Positions 53,408-62,441 of a DNA stretch of 64,000 bases are shown here, in pieces. Made by a program: the position numbers and the translations under genes. The stretch's first letter is position 1; each line of letters begins with the position of its first letter. Origin of the DNA: Christensenellaceae bacterium. GTDB taxonomy: Bacteria > Bacillota > Clostridia > Christensenellales > Borkfalkiaceae. The DNA lies in contig JAZRGN010000002.1 in the NCBI GenBank assembly GCA_045644165.1, positions 41-64,040 on the forward strand. The letters are read 5' to 3'. The notes beneath the pieces are model-generated. The model ran no database searches and was not told the origin of the DNA. It saw nothing but the letters and a program-made list of their open reading frames with translations.

Positions 53408-54253
53408 GTGTTGTACGAGAAAATGAGTGCATTTTCCGACGAAATTGACGAAAAAATAGAGGTTCAATTTACCGTGCTTAACAAGTTGGGAATAAAATAT
53501 TTTGAGCCAAGAGGTATTAACGGAAAGAATATAGCAGAACTTAATGACGAAGAAGTTGTAGTGTTAAAATCCAAGATGGAAGAATTTGGCATAAAGGCAT
53601 CTTCAATCGGTTCTCCAATCGGTAAGATTAAGATTACCGACGATTTTGCTCCTCACTTTGAAAAATACAAGAGAATAGTAAAAACGGCAAAGATGCTTGA
53701 TTGTAAGTATATAAGAATGTTCAGTTTCTTTAAGGACGGCGATTGGACGGAAGAAAAGGTAGAAGAAGTTATGAATAGACTTTCGGCATTCATTGAATAT
53801 GCTAAAGAGGAGGGGGTAGTTCTTCTTCACGAAAACGAAGGGGATATTTACGGCGAAACGATTGAGGGTAACATAAATATTATGCAAAGATTTTACTGCG
53901 ATAATTTTAGAATGGTTTTTGACCCTGCTAACTTCGCTCAAAAGGGAATTGATACCAAAGAGGCAATTAATCAGTTACTGTCTTACGTTGAATATATGCA
54001 CATTAAGGACCACAAAGATGGCGAGGGTATCGTTCCTCCAGGACACGGCGACGGAAATATTTCATACGTTCTTAAAAAACTATTCGATAAAGGATATAAT
54101 GGATATATAAGTCTTGAACCACACCTAGGCAACTTCAAGGGGCTTGCCGAACTCGAGTTAAACGGAAAATCGCACGTTGAAAAACAAGCTGGCGAAGATA
54201 CGTTTACTCTTGCTGCGACTGAATTCGAAAAGGTTATAGCACCACTATTATAA
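53408..54253 (+). CDS. Xylose-isomerase-like TIM-barrel sugar phosphate isomerase/epimerase
   Basis: ..YIRMFSF.., ..LLHENEGDIYG.., ..YMHIKD.., ..ISLEPH.. pattern. GTG start 9 nt after GAGAGG. Confidence 0.7.
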   Translation: MLYEKMSAFSDEIDEKIEVQFTVLNKLGIKYFEPRGINGKNIAELNDEEVVVLKSKMEEFGIKASSIGSPIGKIKITDDFAPHFEKYKRIVKTAKMLDCKYIRMFSFFKDGDWTEEKVEEVMNRLSAFIEYAKEEGVVLLHENEGDIYGETIEGNINIMQRFYCDNFRMVFDPANFAQKGIDTKEAINQLLSYVEYMHIKDHKDGEGIVPPGHGDGNISYVLKKLFDKGYNGYISLEPHLGNFKGLAELELNGKSHVEKQAGEDTFTLAATEFEKVIAPLL

Positions 54254-54294
54254 ACGGAATAAACACGAAAGTGTTGATATAAAAGGAGAGTATT

Positions 54295-55455
54295 ATGGAT
54301 AAAATTAAACTCGGTATTATTGGATACGGAAACATGGGAACTTCTCACGCAAGAAATATTGCTGAGGGCAAAGTTCCTAACGTTGAGCTTTGTGCAGTTT
54401 GCGATATCGACCCTGCAAGAAAGGAAGCTTGTGAAAAGAATCACCCAACCGTTGCATTCTTTGAAAAAGCAGAAGACCTTATGGCAAGTGGACTTTGCGA
54501 TTCAATTTTAATTGCAGTTCCTCACTACGACCACCCAACCTACGCTATCAAAGCATTTGAATTAGGTCTTAACGTAATCGTAGAAAAACCAGCCGGCGTT
54601 TATACCAAACAAGTTTTAGAAATGAACGAGGCTGCTAAAAAATCAGGCAAGACTTTCGGTATAATGTATAACCAAAGAACAAATCGTGTATATCAAAGAT
54701 TAAAACAAATGATTGATAACGGTGAATTAGGTCATATCAAGAGAATCACTTGGATTGTAACCACTTGGTATCGTTGCCAAGCATACCACAACAGTAGTGC
54801 ATGGCGTTCAAGATGGGAAACCGAAGGTGGTGGAACTCTAATCAACCAAAACCCACACCAATTAGACTTATGGCAATGGCTATTCGGTGTTCCAGATAAG
54901 ATTTACGCAAAAGTAGCATTCGGCAAATACTACGATATCGAAGTAGAAGACGAAGTTGTTGCTTTATTTGAATATAACAACGGCACTATTGGTCAATACA
55001 TTACTACTACTGCTGAAACTCCGGGAACAAATAGGCTAGAAATCGCTTGCGATATGGGTAAAGTAATAGTAGAAGAAGACGGCACCATCACTTTCGTTAA
55101 AAACGAAATGTCTGAACGTGAATGGAACAGAATTAGAAAAGTTTCATTTGGAAAGCCTAAAACCGACGTTATTAGTGAAAAGGTTTTCTCTGACGGCAAT
55201 CAACACGCAAATTTGTTAAACAACTATGCTCAAGGCGTTTTAACTGGTTCACCACTTCTTGCTCCTGGTGAAGAAGGCATTAAGGGTCTTACCATTTCTA
55301 ACGCTATCCACCTAAGTGGTTGGACGGGAGAAACTGTTGACCTTAACAACTTCCCACACGATAGATTCTACGATTTATTACAAGAGAAAATCGCAAAATC
55401 AACCCACAAGAAAACCGTTAACAAAGTTTTCGGTGATACTAGGGGAACTTATTAA
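54295..55455 (+). CDS. Gfo/Idh/MocA-family NAD(P)-dependent oxidoreductase
   Basis: IKLGIIGYGNMG Rossmann N-terminus and the EKP motif (VIVEKPAG). Confidence 0.85.
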   Translation: MDKIKLGIIGYGNMGTSHARNIAEGKVPNVELCAVCDIDPARKEACEKNHPTVAFFEKAEDLMASGLCDSILIAVPHYDHPTYAIKAFELGLNVIVEKPAGVYTKQVLEMNEAAKKSGKTFGIMYNQRTNRVYQRLKQMIDNGELGHIKRITWIVTTWYRCQAYHNSSAWRSRWETEGGGTLINQNPHQLDLWQWLFGVPDKIYAKVAFGKYYDIEVEDEVVALFEYNNGTIGQYITTTAETPGTNRLEIACDMGKVIVEEDGTITFVKNEMSEREWNRIRKVSFGKPKTDVISEKVFSDGNQHANLLNNYAQGVLTGSPLLAPGEEGIKGLTISNAIHLSGWTGETVDLNNFPHDRFYDLLQEKIAKSTHKKTVNKVFGDTRGTY

Positions 55456-55474
55456 TTATTAAAGGAGAATTAAT

Positions 55475-56236
55475 ATGGATAAAAGACTTGGCGCTCAAAT
55501 GTATACCGTTAGAAACTTCTGTAAAACGCTAGAAGGTTTCGACGAATCTTGCCGTAAAGTAAGAGAAATCGGTTATCAATTAGTTCAATTATCAGGAATT
55601 GGCGATTTCCCTGCTGAAGAAATTAAAAAGATTTTAGATAAGCATGGTTTAGAGGTTGCTTGTACCCACAGACCATTCTTAAAATATTTCGACCACATGG
55701 ATGCTGAAATCGAGTATCACAAGACTATCGGTTGTAAAATTTGTGGTTTGGGTGGTATGCCTAACTATGCAGCAAGAGACGATAATTTAGCAATCGTTTC
55801 TACAGTTATTGGTCCAATCTGTGAACAACTCAAAGAAGCAGGTTTAACCTTTGCTTACCACAACCACTCTTTCGAATTTGAAAAGAAGGGCGACAAATAC
55901 GCCTGGGACGTTTTCCTAGAAAGAATTAAGTCTGATAACATAAAACTTATTCTAGACGTTTATTGGTTAGCGCACGCTGGCATCAACCCTGCAAAATTCA
56001 TTAGAGATTATGCAGGAAGAATAGCATGCGTTCATCTAAAGGATAAGAAAATCGCTAACGGTGAAGGCAAAATGTGTGAAGTTGGTAAGGGTAACCTTGA
56101 TTGGGACGATATTTTAGCCGCTTGCGAAGAATCAGGAGTTCAATATGCTCTTGTAGAACAGGATACTTGCGAGACCGACCCATTCGATTGCTTAAAGACT
56201 AGTTACGAATTCTTAAAGCAAAAGGGTTTTAATTAA
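55475..56236 (+). CDS. Xylose-isomerase-like TIM-barrel sugar phosphate isomerase/epimerase
   Basis: ..YHNHSFEF.., ..VHLKD.., ..ALVEQD.. pattern. Confidence 0.7.
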   Translation: MDKRLGAQMYTVRNFCKTLEGFDESCRKVREIGYQLVQLSGIGDFPAEEIKKILDKHGLEVACTHRPFLKYFDHMDAEIEYHKTIGCKICGLGGMPNYAARDDNLAIVSTVIGPICEQLKEAGLTFAYHNHSFEFEKKGDKYAWDVFLERIKSDNIKLILDVYWLAHAGINPAKFIRDYAGRIACVHLKDKKIANGEGKMCEVGKGNLDWDDILAACEESGVQYALVEQDTCETDPFDCLKTSYEFLKQKGFN

Positions 56237-56276
56237 TAAATTTTGTGAATTATCTTCTAAAAATACGAGGTAAATA

Positions 56277-57245
56277 ATGAACGTTTGTATAGTAGGGTAT
56301 GGTGCGATAGGCCCAATTCACGCAAGAGCATTAAAGGAAGCCAGCAACGTTAAAATTTACGCCGTATGCGACGTTATTAAGGAACGTGCCGACAAGGCTG
56401 CAGAACAATTAGGCGCAAAGGCTATTTATAATTTTGAAGAAGTGCTTGCCGATAAAAATATCGACGCCGTGCATATTTGCACACCACACTATTTACACTA
56501 TTCTATGATTGTGCAAGCCCTTGACGCAGATAAGAAGGTCGTTAGCGAAAAACCAATCGTTATGAAAAAGGATGAATGGGATAAACTTCTTGCTCACCCA
56601 AAGGCAAACCAAATGTGTCCCGTTTTACAAAACAGACACAACAACAGCATCAGAGAGTTTAAGAAAATAGTAGAAAGTGGCAAGATGGGTAAAATTCTTG
56701 GCGTAAAAGGTATGCTTACTTGGCAACGCACTGCTAAATATTACAACAGCGAAGAATGGCGTGGGACTTGGGATAGAGAAGGTGGTGGCGTTATGATTAA
56801 CCAAGCCGTTCACACCCTAGACTATTTTACCTTCCTTGGTGGAAAGGTAAAATCGGTAAACGCAATGATGGCTAACTATACCTTAAAAGGCGTTATCGAA
56901 GTAGAAGACACTATGGCTATTCATATGGAATATGAAGACGGAGTGGTGGGTGTATTCTTTGCAACCAACGGGTTTAGCACGGGTTCTAACCCTATGTTTG
57001 AAATTACTTTTGAAAGGGGAATCGTTCGTTACGAAGACGCTATGTTATTCGTAAACGGCGAGCGTGTTATCGAAGATAGTAGGGGCAAGGGCGAGAAATG
57101 GTATTGGGGCACTAGCCACGAAACTCTCGTTAAGGCATTCTACGAAGAAGACAAATACTTCACTTTACAAGACGTTAAACCAACTATGGACCTTCTTTTC
57201 GCTTGTTATAAGAGCGCAAAGACCTTCCAAAAGGTGGAACTTTAA
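56277..57245 (+). CDS. Gfo/Idh/MocA-family oxidoreductase
   Basis: VCIVGYGAIG Rossmann N-terminus and VVSEKP. Confidence 0.85.
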   Translation: MNVCIVGYGAIGPIHARALKEASNVKIYAVCDVIKERADKAAEQLGAKAIYNFEEVLADKNIDAVHICTPHYLHYSMIVQALDADKKVVSEKPIVMKKDEWDKLLAHPKANQMCPVLQNRHNNSIREFKKIVESGKMGKILGVKGMLTWQRTAKYYNSEEWRGTWDREGGGVMINQAVHTLDYFTFLGGKVKSVNAMMANYTLKGVIEVEDTMAIHMEYEDGVVGVFFATNGFSTGSNPMFEITFERGIVRYEDAMLFVNGERVIEDSRGKGEKWYWGTSHETLVKAFYEEDKYFTLQDVKPTMDLLFACYKSAKTFQKVEL

Positions 57246-57307
57246 TAACTAACGGCATTCGCAAAATGCGAACTAGCCTAGAAAAATAAAATTAAGTAGG
57301 TGTAATT

Positions 57308-58369
57308 ATGAAAATGAAACTATCTTTTAGATGGTATGGAGAAAGCGACCCTGTATCATTACAATACATTTCGCAAATTCCTGGAATGCGTTCAATCGTA
57401 TCTGCTGTATACGACGTTAAACCAGGCGAAGTTTGGGGCGAGGAATCTCTTGCTAAAATGAAAAAACAATGCGAAGACAACGGACTTATCTTCGACGTAG
57501 TTGAATCTATCCCTGTTCACGAGGATATTAAACTTGGCAGAAATAACGTTGACCATTTAATCGACGTTTACTGCGAAAATATTCGTCGTTGCGCTAAATA
57601 CGGCGTTAAGTGTGTAACTTACAACTTCATGCCTGTATTCGACTGGACGAGAACTCAACTAGACAAGCCTGCAAAAGACGGCTCTACTAGTCTAGTTATG
57701 TATTGGGAACAAATGAAAGGTCTTGACCCACTTAAGGACGATATCCATCTTCCAGGTTGGGACGCAAGTTACACTCAAGACGAGGTTAGGGAACTTATCA
57801 CGGCTTACGGTGAAATCGGTGAAGAAGGTCTATGGGCAAACCTAACCAAATTCTTACAAAAGGTTATTCCTGTTGCCGAAGAATGTGGCGTTAGAATGGC
57901 TATTCACCCAGACGACCCACCATATCCAATCTTCGGTTTACCAAGAATTATTACCAACGAACAAAATCTTGATAGATTCCTAAAAATCGTTGATAGCCCA
58001 GCAAATAGTTTATGTTTCTGCACGGGCAGTCTTGGTTGTGCTAAATTTAACGACATTCCAAAAATGGTTAGAAAGTATGCAGAAATGGATAGAATTGCCT
58101 TCATGCATATTAGAAACGTTCGCCTATTAGACGACGGCTCTTTTGAAGAAAGTGGACACTTATCAGCATGTGGTTCAATGGATATTTACGAAATCGTTAA
58201 GGCTTTAGTTGACAACGATTTCGACGGATATCTTCGTCCTGACCACGGCAGAATGATTTGGGGTGAAACTGGTAAACCAGGTTACGGCTTATACGATAGA
58301 GCGTTAGGCGCTACCTATATCAATGGTATGTTCGAGGCGTTAGAAAAGGAGAAAGCAAAAAATGAATAA
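57308..58369 (+). CDS. uxuA: Mannonate dehydratase
   Basis: LSFRWYGESDPVSLQYISQIPG.., ..YNFMPVFDWTRT.., ..HPDDPP.., ..LRPDHG... Confidence 0.9.
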   Translation: MKMKLSFRWYGESDPVSLQYISQIPGMRSIVSAVYDVKPGEVWGEESLAKMKKQCEDNGLIFDVVESIPVHEDIKLGRNNVDHLIDVYCENIRRCAKYGVKCVTYNFMPVFDWTRTQLDKPAKDGSTSLVMYWEQMKGLDPLKDDIHLPGWDASYTQDEVRELITAYGEIGEEGLWANLTKFLQKVIPVAEECGVRMAIHPDDPPYPIFGLPRIITNEQNLDRFLKIVDSPANSLCFCTGSLGCAKFNDIPKMVRKYAEMDRIAFMHIRNVRLLDDGSFEESGHLSACGSMDIYEIVKALVDNDFDGYLRPDHGRMIWGETGKPGYGLYDRALGATYINGMFEALEKEKAKNE

Positions 58370-59213
58370 AAACGTTTTAAATACCGACTTAACGGGAAAA
58401 GTTGCAGTAGTTACTGGTGCAGGTGGAGTTTTATGCTCTAACTTTGCAAAAGTATTAGCAAGAGCAGGTGCAAAGGTTGCACTTTTAGACCTTAACGAAG
58501 AGGCTGCAAAGCAATTTGCTGACGAAATCGTTCAAGAGGGTGGCGTTGCTAAAGCATACGCTTGCAACGTTTTAGATAAAGATATTTGCTACGCAGTAGC
58601 AGACCAAGTAGAAAAAGACCTTGGCAAATGCGATATCTTAATCAACGGCGCAGGTGGAAACAATCCAAAGGCAACCACCGATAAAGAATACTTTGAAATT
58701 GGCGATATCGACGCTGACACTAAATCATTCTTCGATTTAGATGCAGGTGGCGTAGGCTTTGTATTCAACCTAAATTTCTTGGGAACTTTAATTCCAACTC
58801 AAGCGTTTGCTCGTCAAATGGTTGGTAGAAAGGAATGTTCTATTCTAAACATTTCTTCTATGAACGCTTACACTCCATTAACCAAAATTCCAGCATATAG
58901 TGGTGCAAAGGCTGCTATTTCTAACTTTACACAATGGTTAGCCGTTCACTTTTCTAAGGTTGGCATTAGAGTTAACGCAATTGCTCCAGGTTTCTTCTCA
59001 ACCAAGCAAAACGCTAAACTACTTTGGAATGAAGATGGCACTCCAACAGCAAGAACGGGTAAAATTCTTGCCGCAACCCCAATGGGCAGATTTGGTGAAA
59101 GCGAAGAACTAGAAGGTGGACTATTGTTCTTACTCAACGAAAAAGCCGCAGGCTTTATCACGGGCGTAGTTCTACCAATCGACGGTGGTTTCTCTGCTTA
59201 TTCTGGTGTATAA
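58362..59213 (+). CDS. SDR-family oxidoreductase, D-mannonate/fructuronate reductase-like
   Basis: TGKVAVVTGAGGVLCS, NISS, YSGAKAA. It overlaps the uxuA stop. Confidence 0.7.
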   Translation: MNKNVLNTDLTGKVAVVTGAGGVLCSNFAKVLARAGAKVALLDLNEEAAKQFADEIVQEGGVAKAYACNVLDKDICYAVADQVEKDLGKCDILINGAGGNNPKATTDKEYFEIGDIDADTKSFFDLDAGGVGFVFNLNFLGTLIPTQAFARQMVGRKECSILNISSMNAYTPLTKIPAYSGAKAAISNFTQWLAVHFSKVGIRVNAIAPGFFSTKQNAKLLWNEDGTPTARTGKILAATPMGRFGESEELEGGLLFLLNEKAAGFITGVVLPIDGGFSAYSGV

Positions 59214-59227
59214 TTAAAGACAAAATT

Positions 59228-59261
59228 AAAAGGACTTTTCGAAATCGAAAAGTCCTTTTTT
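59228..59261 (+). terminator. Rho-independent terminator
   Basis: aaaaggacttttcga-aa-tcgaaaagtcctttt followed by tt. Confidence 0.85.
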
Positions 59262-59321
59262 GTGTAAACAAAAAGAGCAAAGCAGTCTGCCTTGCTCTTT
59301 ATGAAATATACTTAGCAATAA

Positions 59322-59681
59322 TTAAGCCTTCTTATAGGTAACGGTCATGGTTATGCCAGCATAGGTCATTTCAATAATTAGTTTATTGCCTTTCTTTTGA
59401 TAGGTTTGAGAGCTGAATTCATTTTTGATAATGATTTCGCTACCATCTTTTTCCCAAGAAAAACCTTCCATAACATTGCCATCACCATCTTTTACAACAC
59501 CGTCCTTAGCAAGTTCAAAACCTTCATCTTTTAACATTTCGTATTGTGCGCCAACTTCAACTTTTTCGCCGTTGATTTCTAAAGAATGGAACTTATACTT
59601 TCCTTCAGCGCCACAGCCTACCATGCCGAAGCATGCTACTATTAACATTGCTGCTAATAAAACACTTAGTAACTTTTTCAT
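59322..59681 (-). CDS. Small lipoprotein (beta-rich, lipocalin-like size)
   Basis: MKKLLSVLLAAMLIVACFGMVGC lipobox. The ATG at 59681 follows AAAGGAGAA. Confidence 0.7.
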   Translation of the reverse strand: MKKLLSVLLAAMLIVACFGMVGCGAEGKYKFHSLEINGEKVEVGAQYEMLKDEGFELAKDGVVKDGDGNVMEGFSWEKDGSEIIIKNEFSSQTYQKKGNKLIIEMTYAGITMTVTYKKA

Positions 59682-59697
59682 AAATTTTCTCCTTTTT

Positions 59698-59773
59698 AGA
59701 ACAAAATGTTCTTTTTTATACAATTATATAGAACAAAATGTTCCTTGTCAAGTATTTTAGAACAATTTGTTCC
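59698..59773. promoter_or_regulatory. Three operator-like palindromes AGAACA-N3-TGTTC(T/C)
   Basis: Sites at 59698-59712 (perfect), 59730-59744 and 59759-59773. Centre-to-centre spacing is 32 and 29 bp. They lie in the divergent region between the lipoprotein gene and the XRE gene. Confidence 0.55.
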
Positions 59774-59784
59774 ATAATATAATT

Positions 59785-59982
59785 ATGAATAAATTTAATG
59801 AGAACTTGAAAGAAATGAGAGTTTCGGCAGGTTTAACGCAAAAACAACTTGCTGAAAAGTTGGGCGTTTTAGAAAGGACTATTTCCTATTGGGAAAGTGG
59901 GAAAAGAGAATGTGATTTTGATACGCTTATTAAAATTGCAAAGTGTTTTGGCTGTAGTATAGACGACTTGTTATTAAACTAA
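59785..59982 (+). CDS. XRE-family HTH regulator (65 aa), possibly on a leaderless mRNA
   Basis: LKEMRVSAGLTQKQLAEKLGVLERTISYWESGKRECDFDTLIKIAKCFGCSIDDLL. There is no SD before the ATG, and CATAAT lies 6 nt upstream. Confidence 0.75.
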   Translation: MNKFNENLKEMRVSAGLTQKQLAEKLGVLERTISYWESGKRECDFDTLIKIAKCFGCSIDDLLLN

Positions 59983-59990
59983 ATATAACT

Positions 59991-60028
59991 AAACGGCTTT
60001 GGCGAATAAACGCCAAAGCCGTTTTCTT
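59991..60028. terminator. Bidirectional terminator
   Basis: 14-bp stem aaacggctttggcg/cgccaaagccgttt. Confidence 0.85.
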
Positions 60029-60037
60029 GTATTAAAA

Positions 60038-61210
60038 TTATATAATCATCATAAAGTTTTCGTTAAAGTTTTGGTTGGTTGCTAGGTTATAAAGGTCGTT
60101 CGCAAGCGTGTCTATTTGATAGCATTTTTTCGCCGTGTCGTTTAGTTCGGTTATATCGCTCTTTCTTGTTAGTAGTGGAATGCTAGATTTTTCGGCAATT
60201 AACGAGATTAAGTCTTTGCTCTTTTCGTTAACGGCTAAAACCTTAGCGTATAAATCCTTTTCTAAACAATCTTTAACTAAATTTGCCTTAATACCTAAAA
60301 AATTAGATATAAGTATTCTTCTAACCCTAGCCTGTGGATAACGCTTTGTAGAAATTTTTTCAACTAATTCGTCTACCGTTCTTGCGTCTTTACTTAATGC
60401 CTTAATGCGATTTTCTAGTCCTTCGGTGCAGTCTAAAATTTCTGCTAGTTCTTGGGCGCAAGTCCTTACCAAACTACAAGTAATCATTTTATCAAACTCG
60501 GTAGGGTAGCCCTTTAAGTCATTAAATACAAAGGTAGGCACGTTGCCTTTAACCTTTTTAGCCGTCTTAACCTTTCTAAGTGCATCTCTTATACTGCTTG
60601 CACTTGTAATTCCCTTTTTAAGAGTTCCGTCGTTATGGTTGCCCTCTCGTAGCATTGGGAAAATATTTAGGTCGCTATTAAGATTTAATAGAGCCTTGGT
60701 ATATTCTAAACCTAATATATTATTAGGGGAAGAAATCAAACTTTCGTCGTATTCTCCACCAAGCGATTTAACTGCCTCGAACTTGGCTTTGGCAAGCGAT
60801 ACACCCGTGTCTAGTTGCGATTTTAAGGCTTTCTTATATGCTTTGCTCTCGTCGTTTAGGGCAAGTGCTAGTTTTTGGTATTCTTCCTTACTGCCACTCT
60901 CAACGCCAAAACAAATTCCGTCTACAACGCCAAGCGAGTCTATAATCTTAACACCACCTTTTGCAAAAATTTCGGCATTAGCCGTAGCAAACACGGTTGG
61001 AAGTTCTAAAACTACGTCTGCCCCTGCGATAATAGCGTGCTTTGCTCTTGTGAATTTATTCAAAACGGCAGGCTCGCCCCTTTGGCAGAAATTGCCACTC
61101 ATAAGCACGATAACCTTTTCTGCACCTAACTCGTTCTTTATATAGTTTATATGTTTTAGATGACCCAAATGAAATGGATTATATTCGGCAATCAAAGCGC
61201 AAATTTTCAT
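60038..61210 (-). CDS. tmcAL: tRNA(Met) cytidine acetate ligase TmcAL (YlbM family)
   Basis: MKICALIAEYNPFHLGHLKH.., 390 aa. Confidence 0.85.
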   Translation of the reverse strand: MKICALIAEYNPFHLGHLKHINYIKNELGAEKVIVLMSGNFCQRGEPAVLNKFTRAKHAIIAGADVVLELPTVFATANAEIFAKGGVKIIDSLGVVDGICFGVESGSKEEYQKLALALNDESKAYKKALKSQLDTGVSLAKAKFEAVKSLGGEYDESLISSPNNILGLEYTKALLNLNSDLNIFPMLREGNHNDGTLKKGITSASSIRDALRKVKTAKKVKGNVPTFVFNDLKGYPTEFDKMITCSLVRTCAQELAEILDCTEGLENRIKALSKDARTVDELVEKISTKRYPQARVRRILISNFLGIKANLVKDCLEKDLYAKVLAVNEKSKDLISLIAEKSSIPLLTRKSDITELNDTAKKCYQIDTLANDLYNLATNQNFNENFMMII

Positions 61211-61348
61211 AAAAAGTGTAAAAACCTCTTTTTTATTATTTACTTTTTTTAGTAAATGTTGTAAAATATAAAAGTATATGATTATTTTACATCATTTCAT
61301 CTAAAAATTCAATTTATTTAAGCAAATATCTTTAAGGAGAATTAAAAC

Positions 61349-62386
61349 ATGTCTAAAATTTTAGAAAGCATTATGGCTAAAGCAAAAGCACTTAACAAGA
61401 ATATCGTTCTTCCTGAAGGCGAAGACGCTAGAGTAGTTAAAGCCGCTTGTGAATCGGCTAACGAAAAACTCGCTACCGTTACCCTTTTAGGTAACCTAGA
61501 AGAAATCAAAAAGAATAATCCAGATGCCGACCTATCTAACGTAATCGTTATCGACCCTGTAACTTACGACCAAACCACTAAATACGCTACTATGCTTTTC
61601 GAAGCAAGACAAGGTAAAATCAATAAAAAGACGGGCGCTCCTGAATACGCTGACGTTGACGCTGCTAAAGCATCAATTCTAAAAGATTACACTATGTATG
61701 CCGCTCTTATGCTTAAGGCTGGCGACGTGGACGGACTTGTTTCAGGTGCTTGCCACTCAACGGCTAATACCCTTCGCCCAGGTTTACAAGTAATCAAAAC
61801 TGCTCCTGGAATCAATACCGTATCAAGCAGTTTCGTTATGGTTGCTCCAGAAGGCGAAAACAAATATAACCCAGACGGAGTTGCTGTATTCGGCGACTGC
61901 GCTATCAATATCGAACCAGATGCTCAACAAATAGCAGATATCGCTATTTCTTCTGCTGAAACTGCAAAAGTTATCGCTGGTATCGAACCAAGAGTTGCTA
62001 TGCTTTCTTTCTCTACTATGGGTTCTGGTAACGACGACAAGTTCTTTAAGTCTGTTCCAAAAATGCAACAAGCAACTGCTCTTGCTAAAGAACAAGCCCC
62101 AGACCTTATCGTAGACGGTGAATTCCAATTCGACGCTGCCGTTGCTCCAGAAGTAGGATTATTAAAAGCACCTAACTCAAAGGTTGCAGGTAACGCTAAC
62201 GTATTCATTTTCCCTAACATTAACGCAGGTAACATTGGTTACAAAATTGCTCAACGTTTCGGAGGATATATGGCGCTAGGCCCAATTTGTCAAGGTTTTG
62301 CTAAACCTATTAACGACTTATCAAGAGGTTGTAGTGTAGACGACGTTAAGGCTGTTATCGCCATCACGGCTCTTCAAGCAAAATAG
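61349..62386 (+). CDS. pta: Phosphate acetyltransferase
   Basis: ..NIVLPEGEDARVVKAA.., ..DGLVSGACHSTANTLRP.., ..FPNINAGNIGYKIAQR... Confidence 0.95.
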   Translation: MSKILESIMAKAKALNKNIVLPEGEDARVVKAACESANEKLATVTLLGNLEEIKKNNPDADLSNVIVIDPVTYDQTTKYATMLFEARQGKINKKTGAPEYADVDAAKASILKDYTMYAALMLKAGDVDGLVSGACHSTANTLRPGLQVIKTAPGINTVSSSFVMVAPEGENKYNPDGVAVFGDCAINIEPDAQQIADIAISSAETAKVIAGIEPRVAMLSFSTMGSGNDDKFFKSVPKMQQATALAKEQAPDLIVDGEFQFDAAVAPEVGLLKAPNSKVAGNANVFIFPNINAGNIGYKIAQRFGGYMALGPICQGFAKPINDLSRGCSVDDVKAVIAITALQAK

Positions 62387-62441
62387 TATTGCTTTATTCT
62401 TTAAGCATTTAAAAAATAATAAAATAAAAGGAAATATAAAA

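Noticed and set aside
60543-61145. 200-aa plus-strand ORF, together with 60135-60341.
   Set aside because: It is antisense to tmcAL, with the Ser/Leu-rich composition typical of shadow ORFs.
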